Virus record (IMG/VR): IMGVR_UViG_3300027432_000002
Length of the DNA stretch: 64,000 bases
Strand: one strand, 5' to 3'
Source of the DNA: a virus
In this document: positions 39,616-50,759 of the stretch, piece after piece
How positions within the stretch are numbered: position 1 is the first letter of the stretch
Layout of the letters: each line of letters begins with the position of its first letter
Notes under the pieces: generated by a model
What the model saw: only the letters and a program-made list of their open reading frames with translations
What the model was told of the DNA's origin: nothing
Database searches by the model: none
Program-made: the position numbers and the translations under genes

Positions 39616-40626
39616 TCAGGTAGCTGCGAGAACGAGCTGTCCGTTGTGATTCGAGATGCCCATTCCGTTGCCAGTGGGATCGGTTTGTACTGACGAATGC
39701 TGCCAGTTACCGTCCGTCTGTTGACAAGTGCAAGCGAGCGTCTGACCGTCGTAGTTGCACGTGTTGCACGTCTGCTGGTAGCTTCCGCCGGGAAGCGGTT
39801 GCGGACCCTGCTGACCATAGCCCTGCTGGCCATAGCCCTGCTGACCGTAGCCCTGCGGTCCCATCCCCTGCTGACCGTAGCCTTGCTGACCGCCTTGGTG
39901 GTGATGGTGATGGTGATGATGATGGTGAGGATACTGATCACCACCACGCGGGCGATACCCCTGCGGTCCGTACCGATACGACGGAGCCTGAGATGTCGGC
40001 TGCGCTCCGCGAAACATGTAGGCCAACTGTTCGGGATTGCCGAAACTGCCTTTGGAAGCCTGATGAAGGAGTAGCTCTTCACCATGAAACCTGCGATCAC
40101 GGTCGGCCAAGATTCGAGAAAATCGCTCTCGTTCGAGATGGGAGAGTCGTCTCCAAGCGCGTACGTCATAACGCCGGTCACGCGGGTCAAACCGCGGATC
40201 GACGTAGAACGGTTGCGGATGATGGTGCCGGTGATGCCGCGGATGGTAGTAATCCACCGGATACATGCTTGGTAGCGTGGAGTACGGTGAATAAGGCGGA
40301 TAGCCAACCGGAGGCGCCGATGGGGCGATCACGTCCGCAACACCCTGAGCAACCTGGCTCACAGCGTCGAGAACGCCTCCCGATCCTCCCGCAGCATCAT
40401 CCTGCGGATAGGTCCCGTCGTCGGTTGTGTCCGTATCGTCCTGGCCGAATACGCGAAAGCCTGGCGTAGACGAATCGCAGCCGAAATCGTCCATGTCAGG
40501 AGCGATAGGGGGAGGACCAAAATCTCCCCCATCCATTTGCCACGGCGGAAGTGGCAAGAACTGGTGGTGATGGTGACGGTGACGGTGGTAGCGCTCTTGG
40601 TCGCGCCAATTTCCAAATTCGGACAT
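39616..40626 (-). CDS. segmented His/Gln/Pro-rich protein with a C-terminal cyanovirin-N-like (CVNH) repeat
   Basis: GSYQQTC..C.YDGQTLACTC...DG...SS......ISNHNGQL. Confidence 0.7.
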   Translation of the reverse strand: MSEFGNWRDQERYHRHRHHHHQFLPLPPWQMDGGDFGPPPIAPDMDDFGCDSSTPGFRVFGQDDTDTTDDGTYPQDDAAGGSGGVLDAVSQVAQGVADVIAPSAPPVGYPPYSPYSTLPSMYPVDYYHPRHHRHHHPQPFYVDPRFDPRDRRYDVRAWRRLSHLERERFSRILADRDRRFHGEELLLHQASKGSFGNPEQLAYMFRGAQPTSQAPSYRYGPQGYRPRGGDQYPHHHHHHHHHHQGGQQGYGQQGMGPQGYGQQGYGQQGYGQQGPQPLPGGSYQQTCNTCNYDGQTLACTCQQTDGNWQHSSVQTDPTGNGMGISNHNGQLVLAAT

Positions 40627-40709
40627 GCTGTCCTCCCTCTCTCAGGGTTTCGTAAAAAAGGTTGTAGAGAGGCGGAAAACTAACCGCCCCGCATAGGGAA
40701 GAGTGAAAC

Positions 40710-41147
40710 TCAGCCGAGACGCGCGGCAGCCGCGAGAACCGGATCGCTTTCGATGTCCACTTCGCCCGCGTGCGCCGCGACTGCGGGATGCATACGACCC
40801 GCTCCCAGCATCGGACGACCACGGAGGTGGATGTATCGCTCCGTTGCGCGATAGCTCGAGATAGCGAGTCCCGCGACCGAAGCCTGCCGGACCAGGTCTC
40901 GCGTCGATTTGCTTGCGCTGACGACGAGGGAAAGGCCGAGACCGGCGAGAGAACCGGCAATGTCCAAGGGGACACGTTTGCGGCCAACGGTCATTTCGAG
41001 ATCGGTCTTACTGTGAGCGGCAGCGTATCCGATGCCGATGCCAGTTGCCGTGGCGACAACACCGTCGTGAATGATCTCTTTGCCTTCGCCACCCTTCCAG
41101 CGAGCAGAAGCGAGCGTGAAGTGTCTGCGGATGAACGATTCGGCCAT
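40710..41147 (-). CDS. membrane protein, paralog of 42089..42589
   Basis: Hydrophobic helices, VPLD, C-terminal AGEVDIESDPVL. Confidence 0.7.
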   Translation of the reverse strand: MAESFIRRHFTLASARWKGGEGKEIIHDGVVATATGIGIGYAAAHSKTDLEMTVGRKRVPLDIAGSLAGLGLSLVVSASKSTRDLVRQASVAGLAISSYRATERYIHLRGRPMLGAGRMHPAVAAHAGEVDIESDPVLAAAARLG

Positions 41148-41205
41148 GGGTCTCTTTTCCTTTTGATTGCCCCTTGGGGCTTGTTTACCTAATTCGTGAA
41201 CTTCT

Positions 41206-41461
41206 TTAACGCTTGAATGGCTCGAAGATGATGGGCTGCGGATTGGTCACTTCTTCGCCATTCATCTTTCGAAATTCGTTGCATGCGTAGGTCTTGCGGT
41301 CCCCAGGAGTCTTACCGTAACCTTCAATTTTCATCCACTTGGCAGGATCGTCTCCAACGTAGTGCACGAAGAACCGAGTCACCGTACTCGAGCCCCAGAG
41401 ACGCTTGATACGGACTCCGCCGTTATAGCGTTCGAAGCTGGTAGCGACGACTTTGCGCATG
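41206..41461 (-). CDS. hypothetical protein
   Basis: Start MRKVVATS just after the upstream stop. Confidence 0.55.
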
Positions 41462-41462
41462 A

Positions 41463-41911
41463 TTACTTGGAAGATCCGTATGTCTTGACCTTCCACATTC
41501 CGAGATTTTCCCCGAGGTAATCTTCGAAGGTGGAGAGAGTTCCCTTCCTCTTTCCAACAAGAAGGTCAACCCTCAAATTTCTGACCTGACTATCGGATAT
41601 TGAGCTTGGTCCTTTTTCGCCACGGGCCAAAGCTTTCATATCGAAATAGTCGCGAATGATTTTCTTCTGAGAAGCCAGGTCAGGCTTTCTGCGCTTCCGT
41701 TTGTGTGGCATTACCTCGTCCTCCGCTCCGCTACTTGGTCTTCTCGATCTAGAGCTTTGTTGTACTCTTTGCCGAGAAACTTCACCTTCCGATCATGAGG
41801 AAAGTCGAGTAAGCCTTTGCCTTTGCGTGCCGCCGAGTTGATGGCTTTGACGAGTAGTGCGTGAATTTGCCAAGATGCCCGACGTCTACTTCGCTTCCGC
41901 TTGTGAGGCAT
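41463..41911 (-). other. two coupled MPH-basic tag family genes (41463-41711, 41711-41911)
   Basis: MPHKRKRRK and MPHKRKRSR. Confidence 0.75.
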
Positions 41912-42088
41912 TTCAGATTTCCTTCGTAGCTTGACCTTCTCGATGAAGCGCCCTTATCCGTACTTTTCGAAGGTACATAACCTGCGGATCGGTCCGCCAA
42001 TCTTTGCCGTTCCGGTAGGCGGACTCAATTGCCTTGAGAACCAACGACTCGAGCAATTTGGATTGGCTCTCTCGAGTCTTCATCTGTC

Positions 42089-42589
42089 TTATCGGCTCAT
42101 CCCAAATGCTCGGCTAGCCTCCAGCACAGGATCGTCCATATCAATGACGTCTCCGTGCGCCGCATGACCCGGAAGCGCTTTGGTGGAAGTACGGAGGCCC
42201 TTGCCCCTCCGCCTCCAGTCGCCCGTCTTTCGGTATGCGAGAACCGAAAGAGCGGAGGACCCGAGATTACGAAGGTCGGCCGAAAGTCCCGTCGCGTCAT
42301 TGGCCATCATGACGCTACCGAGCAAACCCACAGCCGCAGCCACTCCGTCCATGGGGACTTCGTACTGTCCCATCCTGACGTCGAGGCTTCCGCGCTCCGC
42401 TTCGAGCAAGCCAAGCGCCGCGCCCATGAGGCCCGATTCGCCACCTTGGCGGACCGCCTGCGCGGTTTCGGTCACGTGACGCTTAAGACCAGCCCCACCC
42501 CCCATACTCTCATACCAACGGCGAATGGCGCTCTTGGCCGGCCGAGACATATTGGACTGGGAGATCTCTTCGGTGATTGCGTCGGCCAT
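42089..42589 (-). CDS. membrane protein, first gene of the structural arm
   Basis: Hydrophobic helices, VPMD, C-terminal HGDVIDMDDPVL. Confidence 0.7.
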   Translation of the reverse strand: MADAITEEISQSNMSRPAKSAIRRWYESMGGGAGLKRHVTETAQAVRQGGESGLMGAALGLLEAERGSLDVRMGQYEVPMDGVAAAVGLLGSVMMANDATGLSADLRNLGSSALSVLAYRKTGDWRRRGKGLRTSTKALPGHAAHGDVIDMDDPVLEASRAFGMSR

Positions 42590-42700
42590 GTGCTACCGCA
42601 CCCTAGTTAATGCAGTAAACCCCACCGTCCAGTTTATCCAGTTAGGACGGTAGGGTACGCTGCGGAGTTGAATTGGCTTGAGGAGTACACCAGTGTTAGA

Positions 42701-42729
42701 AGCGTATCATACTACTTGGCACTTGTCAA
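42701..42729 (-). promoter_or_regulatory. sigma70-type promoter at the head of the structural arm
   Basis: TTGACA-17bp-TACGCT on the minus strand. Confidence 0.7.
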
Positions 42730-42736
42730 GCACTTA

Positions 42737-45700
42737 TCAGTCATCACTATCCAACTCATTCTCACCTCCGAAGTACATCTCTAGATCTACCGTATCAACA
42801 CGATACGTCTTCTGCCCCGTGATGGCGATATGCCGAAGTGCCGCCGCAATCTTGCGGATAATTTCATTAGTCGGTCTCTTGGGAGGTTTTGGACATTCTG
42901 CAAGAACGATGTTCTTCCAGTAATCATCTGAATATCGATTGTCGTCAAACTGCGATCGTAAAATACGCTCCACGTTCTTCTTCGCAACCTTGACGAGAAA
43001 ATGGCTGAGCGCGACCTTCCAGGACTCGAAGTCTCGCGCGTACTTGTCCAAGTCCTTCTTGTACTTCACCTTGAGTTGTGCTTGGCGGATGCGGAGCTTC
43101 TTTGCGAATAGGATTGAATTCATTGAGCTGTCGAGCATGGGATGATCCGCCTTTCTTTCAAATTCATGAATTAGTCGGTCCGTCCGTAGGACCATACTTC
43201 TCTTGAAGTCTCTTCAATTCCAGTAGCTCACTATGACGCGTCTCTTCTGCCAATCGCTTGGTCAGTTTCGGTAGCACCTCCGTCTCTTCGAGAACGTCCA
43301 CTATCTCATTCTCGAGCTTGGCCATCGGGGAGTCTTTGTCGCTACGCTCTTTGTTCTCTACGAACTTCCTCATCCGCGAGAGCGTTTCGACTGTGTCTGA
43401 AAGCGTATCGAATTTTTCCGCGTAGAAACCGCTCCTATCGGTATGCGCGATATGATAGAACGTGGAGTGAAGTATCTTGTAAACGCCGCTCGTGAAGTCC
43501 TCGGTCCGGCAGCCGCGTTCGAGAAACCTCCGCCACGGTTCGAGGCTCTTTCGGAGTTCGGCCACGTGCTCTCGCATGGACTCTTCCGTTACGAGTAAGG
43601 CAATCTGAAAGATACGTTTCCACTTGAGGTCCAATGAATTGATAAGAGGTTGAAAATCAGGCGGATCAATATGAGCGAGACAGTGCGGACACTCTCCGCC
43701 GTTCTCTACGTCCCATACAATCTTACCGACGTTCTTTTTGCAGTCAGGACATGGAAACTGGAAGGTATCGATCTCGGCTTTGATCTTCGCGCGTTCAGCT
43801 TCTAGCTTTTCGCGCACAGTTGCAGTTTCTTTCTTCATAACAACTTCTCAAGTTTGCCATCGGTCAGCACTTCCACTTCTCGCTTGCTCACTCCCTGACG
43901 ATTAACGAGTTCGAGAAAATGAGCACACTCGGGTACTTCGTGACTGATCTTTAGGTTGCTGTCATCCCGAATGAGAATCTTTCCGCATTTGCAAACCGCA
44001 TATAGGAGTCCCATTATTCTTTATCCTCCCGACTTCGTTCAAACGCTCGGTTCACGGTTTGCAATAACGCGATTGAGCATATCTACAAACGTATCCCGAT
44101 CGGTAGCTATCGTGGCAAGCTGAATACGTAACACGTCTACCTCTGCGCGCGCAAAACTTAGGTCAAGCGTCAGCCTGTCCAACTCCACCAGCACGAGCGG
44201 CAGGAGTTCGCGGGCGGCCTTTGCCAATCGTTCGTGCTTCCACCAGATGTTCGGCGTGTTCGGGGCGTCCTCGTCCAGCGCCGCCTTGATGCGTTCTCGG
44301 AGGGTCATCGGCGGGCCTCCAGTATGTCAGCGAACTCCAATGCGTGATTCAGGTAAGAATCTCGCTTCGCTTCGTTTGGCTCCTTCAGCATCGCCACATG
44401 CGCGATCGCTCTAGCCTGCGCGCGCCACCATGGCGCCCACGAGGCGTTGATGTTGTCTCCGCTGCGAAGCTTGACGGTCCGGTAGACCTCGGCTTGCAAG
44501 TCGATCGGGACGAGCGTCCAGCATTCACGGCACATGAGCATGCGCGGCGGGCAGTTTCGTTTGCAGCCGAGAGCGTGGCAGTGGTGATTCATCGTCGCTC
44601 TCCGTTCTCGGCTGCGTCGGCTTTGGCGCGTAGGTCGGCCGCGAGCGCAGGGTAACGAGCCTCGCATGCATCCGCATAGGCCCGCGCGGCGGGAATGGCG
44701 AATGGGTCGTGCGCCCAGTCGAGCACGAAATATTCGCAGTGCTCGTGCTTGCCGTGTGGCCCGCTTGATCCGTCTGTTCGCTCGACTCGGAACTTGCGAT
44801 AGATGCCAGCATCCATGTCTGCCCGGTCCATCGCAGCGTGGATCCGGTTGTCTTCGGTGCTCATCGGCGCGCTCCGTCGTCCAGAGTGGTAGGTGCAGAC
44901 ATGAACCGTACGTTACAATCCCAGTGGATCCATTGGTCGGACGCGTCACCCGAGCCGGTGATGCGGACGGTGCCGTCATTCGCGGTGAATCGGACGGTCC
45001 ACGTGGCGGCGACACCGGCGGTGTATCTGCGCTCTCCAGCGGTCCAGTTGAGTAGGCCCCCTTTGGGATCCAATAGCGCCACGCAATCTATCCATTCTGA
45101 GGAATGCTCAAGGTCGAGCGTCTTTGCTGTCACGTCGAATCGAATCGCAGTGTCCCCCGACACGTTGAACTCGTAGAGAATCGCCGGCTCGCTCATCGTC
45201 GCGCTCCGTGAGTGGGGCAGGTGCATGCCAACGCCAGGCAATAATCACATTGCAGCTCGGGCGGCGCGATCGTTACGAGCAGCGCTCGCGCGTCACGAAG
45301 TAGCTCCGCGTCAGCCATGTCGATCGACTCTTCTTCATGCAGCATCAGGCGTCGATTGATTCGGGATACAACGTCAGTCGCTGTCGATTTGGTGGAACCG
45401 AGATCAAGGCTTACGGAAAACTCCCCGATGTTGAGAATGGCTAGCGGCTCGGCCTTCGCTGGCTCGGGCGCGAGCAGTTCATTGCCTATCCGGATGGCAC
45501 AATCGATGTACCCGGCTCCGGTCGCCGTATTGATCGCCGCCTCGACCCCGCGCCGGTACTCTGGGTGTACGCCCGTTGACGGCTCGGGCGCGAGCAGGGC
45601 GCGGGCACGAACTTCGATCTCGTCGGCCGATTCGGCGTCGCTCGCGTACACGGTGGCGATCGCTATAACCGCCTCCACCCCGCGCCGGTAGTACACCACT

Positions 45701-48086
45701 TTGGCTGCGTCCCGCTCGGCGGTCACGCGTGCGAGGTCGGCCTCAAGGCCGTCGATTGTACGCAGCTGCTTCTGCACTACATCGAATCGAATATCGTCCA
45801 GTCGCTTCACTTCGGTCACTTCCGCTTCCAGCCTCTCCATCTCCGCCAGCACGAGCGGTAGGAGCTCGCGGGCGTCGCTCCCTAGACCTGAGAGCGGCTT
45901 GATGTCGCTGGCGTTGAACTCGTCCAGCGCCTTATTGATGCGTTCTCGCAAGGTCATGAAGCGTATCACGGTTCGTTCTCCTTTCTCTCTCTCAGTTTGA
46001 CGCTCTTGACAAGCCGCTGAACTCCATCCGGTTCTACCCCAAGAAGGTAAAGTGTATGAACTTCCGGGTCTCGTGCAATCTTGAGCTTGGCCAGGTGCTT
46101 TTCGGCCGTGGCCAGACAATCGAAGTTCTTACGGTGCCGTTCTCGCGCAGCACGCACGCCGCCAACGATGATGCGGTAAGTGGAGTAGTTCACGACTTTT
46201 AACCTTCTTCTCCGATCGGAGGAAGCTTCGTCCACTCCGCACCCGTATCAAGTGTCCATACTTGTCCCAAATCATCCAACGCAAACAGTCGATCAAACGC
46301 TGACCCTGGACTGAGTATGAGCTGCACGATCCTTCTCTTCGGTCCCTTGTCCGCCGGAGGAGGTGCCGGAGGGGCGGTCCGTTCAAGCTTGATGCGAAGG
46401 TCTTTGATGGTGGCGCGCTGAAGGAGACAGGTTGCCCGCTCTGCCTTGAGTTCAGCAACAAGTTTCTGAATCAATTGGAGCGGAAAATCCGTTCCGTTCA
46501 AGAGTGCAAGTTCTGCCTGCCGAATCAAGTCATCGACTGCCGATTTCTTCGCCGGACTAGGGACCTCGGGCGCCGTTATCGGACTAGGAGCCTTGTCCGC
46601 CGGAGGAGGACTAACTTGATTAAGAATCCACCGATTGTGCTCAAATGCATTATTGATAGCTTTTGAACAATCTGGACAGAGAACAGCGGCTGCCTGAATG
46701 GTAATTTCTTCGCGTTTTTCCTTATCCGTATACGCCTGTAGATGCAGCGTGAGAAATGGCCACGTTAGATCCGTACCAAGCACGCCTGGAATTTCGTAAT
46801 GCCGTCCGCATCCGTGACAGTTACCACTAGGCCAATGCGCTTGAATTCCTAGATCGATTCTCATGGTTTGGTCTTTCATCGGACTAGCATCCTTGTCCGC
46901 CGGAGGAGGGGCGTTGTCGGCCGGAGGAGGGAGGTTATCGGCGGGGGACTGGTCTCCTACTCCCACCGGAACAAGAACTGCGTTCGGGGCAATCCTAGCA
47001 GCACGAAGGGTGGATACGATGTATGCGCCTTGATGATGAAAGTAAACGGTCGCCCTTGATCGGATGTCCCAATTCCCTCCTACTTCCGCCTCACTATTCC
47101 ACCAGAAAGGACCGTCGCTCAAAACTTCTCGGGACTCTTGAATGACGTACTTCATGGGTTGATCCGTTGAAGGAGGGACGGGAGCTTTGCCGTAGAGAAG
47201 TTCATTTGTTTCCTCTAGTTTTGCGCGAAGATCTTTGATGGTAGTTTCAAGCTCTGCGCGCTCTTGAGAGAGTTGAGAACTCACAGCGAAGCCTGCGCGA
47301 TCAAGTTTTTGCATAGGACTCGGTTGTCCGCATCCCCTACACTCTTTGAGCCACTCTTTGGCGTCGCCGTTGAAGACCTTGCAGTTACCACACGTCCAGC
47401 CGTTGAGAAGGGTAGTCGGCGAACCACTGCATGCGGGGCAGTCACGCGGACCTGGTCTGTCAAGTCGAAGACCGCAGTAGGCGCACGTACCGTCTGGAGA
47501 AGTGGAACCAATGATAAAAAGAATCTTGCCAGAACCTTCGCAGACGCTGCAAAGGGCGGAATCGCGATCCGGGAATGCGCCGTTACCGTCGCAGGCTTTG
47601 CATGGAAGGTAGACGGTCTGACGAAACGTCATTGATGGAATCGTCATTGATGGAATCTCCTAGTTCATGAATTACTTTCAGGGAATGAATTCGACCTTAC
47701 CGCCAATGAGTTTGGCTACAATCTTCGCACGGTCTTCTACGAATGGATGGGCGAGAAGGACTGCATATTCGTTTTCGGTTTCGGTCTCGACGTGGAGGTA
47801 AGTTCCTTCGACCGTCTTGATGTAGTGAGTTGGATCGGCGTCGTAGGAGTCTTGTCGGAGCTTGGTCGGATACGCCCACCCAAGGACAATGCGATCGTCA
47901 GAGGTGGTGACGATGTATTTGCTCATTCTGATTCGAAGGAAAGAACAAGCATTTCTTTGTCATCGGCATTGTCAGTATCGAGATAGACTGACTCTAACGT
48001 ATTAATGTCCATCTCAGTTTCGATGAACACTTCAAGATGGTCAGGATGGGTAGCAAGAATAGTTCTGAGTTCGATTACCGTCATGG
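42737..48086 (-). other. cluster of small hypothetical early-type genes (42737-43195, 43164-43838, 43835-44013, 44039-44308, 44305-44592, 44589-44864, 44861-45196, 45193-45969, 45966-46235, 46199-47647, 47678-47926, 47923-48086)
   Basis: Tightly coupled ORFs, several with Cys/His Zn-binding motifs. Confidence 0.65.
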
Positions 48087-48098
48087 GAATGTCCTTCC

Positions 48099-48980
48099 TT
48101 ATGAATCGTTTTCTCCAAACCGATTGATAGCTCCCTCGTCCTCCTCCTCTTCTTCGTCTCCGTCATGGTCTTGCTTCGGTGACAAGATGAGCTTGCCAGG
48201 ATACTCCGGATGGTTGGCTGGTGTCATTAAAAGAGTGACGCCGCGCGGAGACTCCCCGAAGCGGTTCTTGGTCGAGCAGAAAAACCTCTCCCCATCCTGA
48301 TCGTCCTTCTCCAAAAAGTACGTCGCGTCCACCGCATGCTGAAGCTTCATGATCCCAGCATGGTCGCCGTCCTTGTTGATCTGGTTGACAATGAGAGACG
48401 GCGCTTTCAACTCCACGGTGTAGCTCTTCAAGCGTTCGCAGACAAGTAGTCCGAGGTTTGGGTCGTCGCCCGTCAGCTTCGTCAAGCTGTCCAGGATCAT
48501 GAGCCCTGGCTGGTAGCGGAGGATGAGCGCACCCAAGTCGCTACGGAGGCCCCCCATCGCCTTGACGACCCGGATGCGATCCATGTTCTTGATCTTGATG
48601 CGCCGAGCCGTCTCCTTGATTTCTTCGGGACCTTGCTCGTTCGCGATAAACATCGCTTCACGGTTGGTGATGTCGATGATACTGTCGGCGAGCTGCAAGA
48701 AAAGGGTGGTCTTGCCAGCTCCGGGAGGACCCGCCACAAGACTAACGCTTGTGCGCGCTAGGCCACCGCCAAAGACAGGATCGAGCATGCCTGTGTGGTA
48801 ACGTTCGATAACGGATAGACGGGCGTCCGAGAGAAGAACAGTCTCTTCGTCGTCGGGTGAGGAGTTCTTATCAGGGAGGTGCCAATTCTTGCACTTTGGA
48901 CAACGCATCTTGTCCGAGGGAACAAGAGACTGGCAAAGTTTGCAAGTGTAGGTGCCTACAGAGTGGGCATTGGCGCTCAT
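48099..48980 (-). CDS. RadA/Sms-like RecA-family ATPase lacking the C-terminal Lon-like domain
   Basis: N-terminal C4 Zn finger, LDPVFGGG, GPPGAGKTT, MILDS, LQHAVDA, KNRFG. Confidence 0.85.
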   Translation of the reverse strand: MSANAHSVGTYTCKLCQSLVPSDKMRCPKCKNWHLPDKNSSPDDEETVLLSDARLSVIERYHTGMLDPVFGGGLARTSVSLVAGPPGAGKTTLFLQLADSIIDITNREAMFIANEQGPEEIKETARRIKIKNMDRIRVVKAMGGLRSDLGALILRYQPGLMILDSLTKLTGDDPNLGLLVCERLKSYTVELKAPSLIVNQINKDGDHAGIMKLQHAVDATYFLEKDDQDGERFFCSTKNRFGESPRGVTLLMTPANHPEYPGKLILSPKQDHDGDEEEEEDEGAINRFGENDS

Positions 48981-50759
48981 TCTGTGGACCTAATGAGTTC
49001 GCAGAGTTGTTCTTTAGTCACACCCACAGAAAGGAGTTCGATCACGGTTCTCCAAAGAGCAACAGGATCAATCACTCTCCAATCACAGTATCCACCTTTT
49101 TCACAAGTCGGATCTGTAATATAGCTTGGACGAAACCGACCGCATTTACTGCAAGCTGAGTAAGGATAATCCATAGTGTTTCCTAACCTATACTCTTCAC
49201 GAATTCTTCCCTGAATCTTCCTTTGTCCAGCCAGGAAGGAACCTGAATATCTCGTTGACGTGGACGAGATGTTCTTCACAGATGTGATTCTGAAGAATGT
49301 GGTCGCGGAAGTCTTTCGTCTCTACCGCAAGATCTCGTCCCATAAAGACAGCGGCCACGAGCGCCCGATCGATCGGGTAACGGCGAAGGTCGCACACCAT
49401 GCACATATGATCGCAAGGATCACAATAGGCAGCGTCCGTCACCTTGGCAGGCTTCATCTTGGCCAAGTCTCGCTTGAGCTTTTTGAGGTATGCCGCGATA
49501 TCCATAGTCCTACCCTTCTATCTTACGTGGACCAAAAGCGACCCCAGCACCTAGCTTTGGTTTCTTCGGTTGGCTATTGGCGATAGACTGCTCTCGTAAC
49601 CGCTGCGCCACTTGCAGGCGCCCACCGTAAGTCTTGTACGTGCAGCGATTGCTTTTCTGCGTGACCTCCCAGACCCCCTCTTCAAGACAGACGGCTGAAT
49701 AGTCTTGCGTCTCTATCGGACTATCTATCGTTTTGGAATCTCCAGTTGTCCGAGCTTGTTCTCTACCAATTTGCCGGAACGTACTAGCTGATAGATGGGG
49801 GTCCACGTCCGGGCTTTTTCCGCTGAGTTGGCGTGAGGGAACATCTTCGTAATCTGTTCTCTTCGCTGCGGACCCTTCTTCCGAACGATTTCGAGAATCT
49901 GTTCCGTCTTGCTCAGGTTCGGATTCGGTCTCCAACTGTCCGTCGTCTCTCCATCCAAGCTCTTCGAGGTTGGCTTTATTTCGTCCTCGTCCTCTTCGTC
50001 TAAAGGGGCGGATACCTCTCCTCCACTAGTAGGCTCGACGTTCGGCTTGGGTCCACGCTTCTTGCTACCACCAAGCTTGAGGAGTAATTCATCAAGCTCA
50101 GCGACTCTGGCCAAGAGAGAAGAACGTTCGGCGAGAATCTTCGATCTGAACTCTTCCTGTTTCTCAATGAGGAGACGCGCCTCTTCTTCGAATGAATTGG
50201 AGTTCATGAATTGTTTCACGTTAGGTTGAGGGTTGACGCCAGACCGCTTCGGTTCGATTTAGTTCAGGTTCATATCGAAACGCGAAGTTGCCACAATTCG
50301 GACACTGGTATTCGTGGTCAAATGTCTGCACTCCTACTCCGATATCAACTTCACTGTAGTCAACGCACGGAGCTGGAGCACCACACTTCGGACATGTGGT
50401 GTCAGGCTGAGAGTTCATGAATTCTCTTCCTTCTCCTTTGAATCCACAACCGTCCACCCTTCTACTTCCTTCATCTCCGCCTGCACATAAAACGGTGCTG
50501 TCTGTTTCTCGTCGTCAGGAATGTTGGCGTTGACGCAAATGCGGATGGGACCAATCTTGAACACGATGACGAGCATCTCACGGTCTTTGGTATTGACCTT
50601 GATTTTTGAATACCCTCGAAGCTGAATAATCATGTTTTTCGTTACCAAGTAGACGGCTTTTTCGTTATCAAACAATCGTGAATTACCTATTGACAACTGC
50701 GAAGGATTGTAGTAGCGTATGCGGCTCGTCGATTGGATATGAGTTCTACCACAATTCAT
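48977..50759 (-). other. small hypothetical genes (48977-49174, 49197-49505, 49510-~49690, 49725-50219 possible winged-helix, 50221-50457, 50415-50633)
   Basis: Coupled ORFs with Zn-finger or HTH-like patterns; starts approximate. Confidence 0.5.
50690..50718 (+). promoter_or_regulatory. sigma70-type promoter at the divergence point, heading the replication arm
   Basis: TTGACA-17bp-TAGCGT. Confidence 0.6.
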
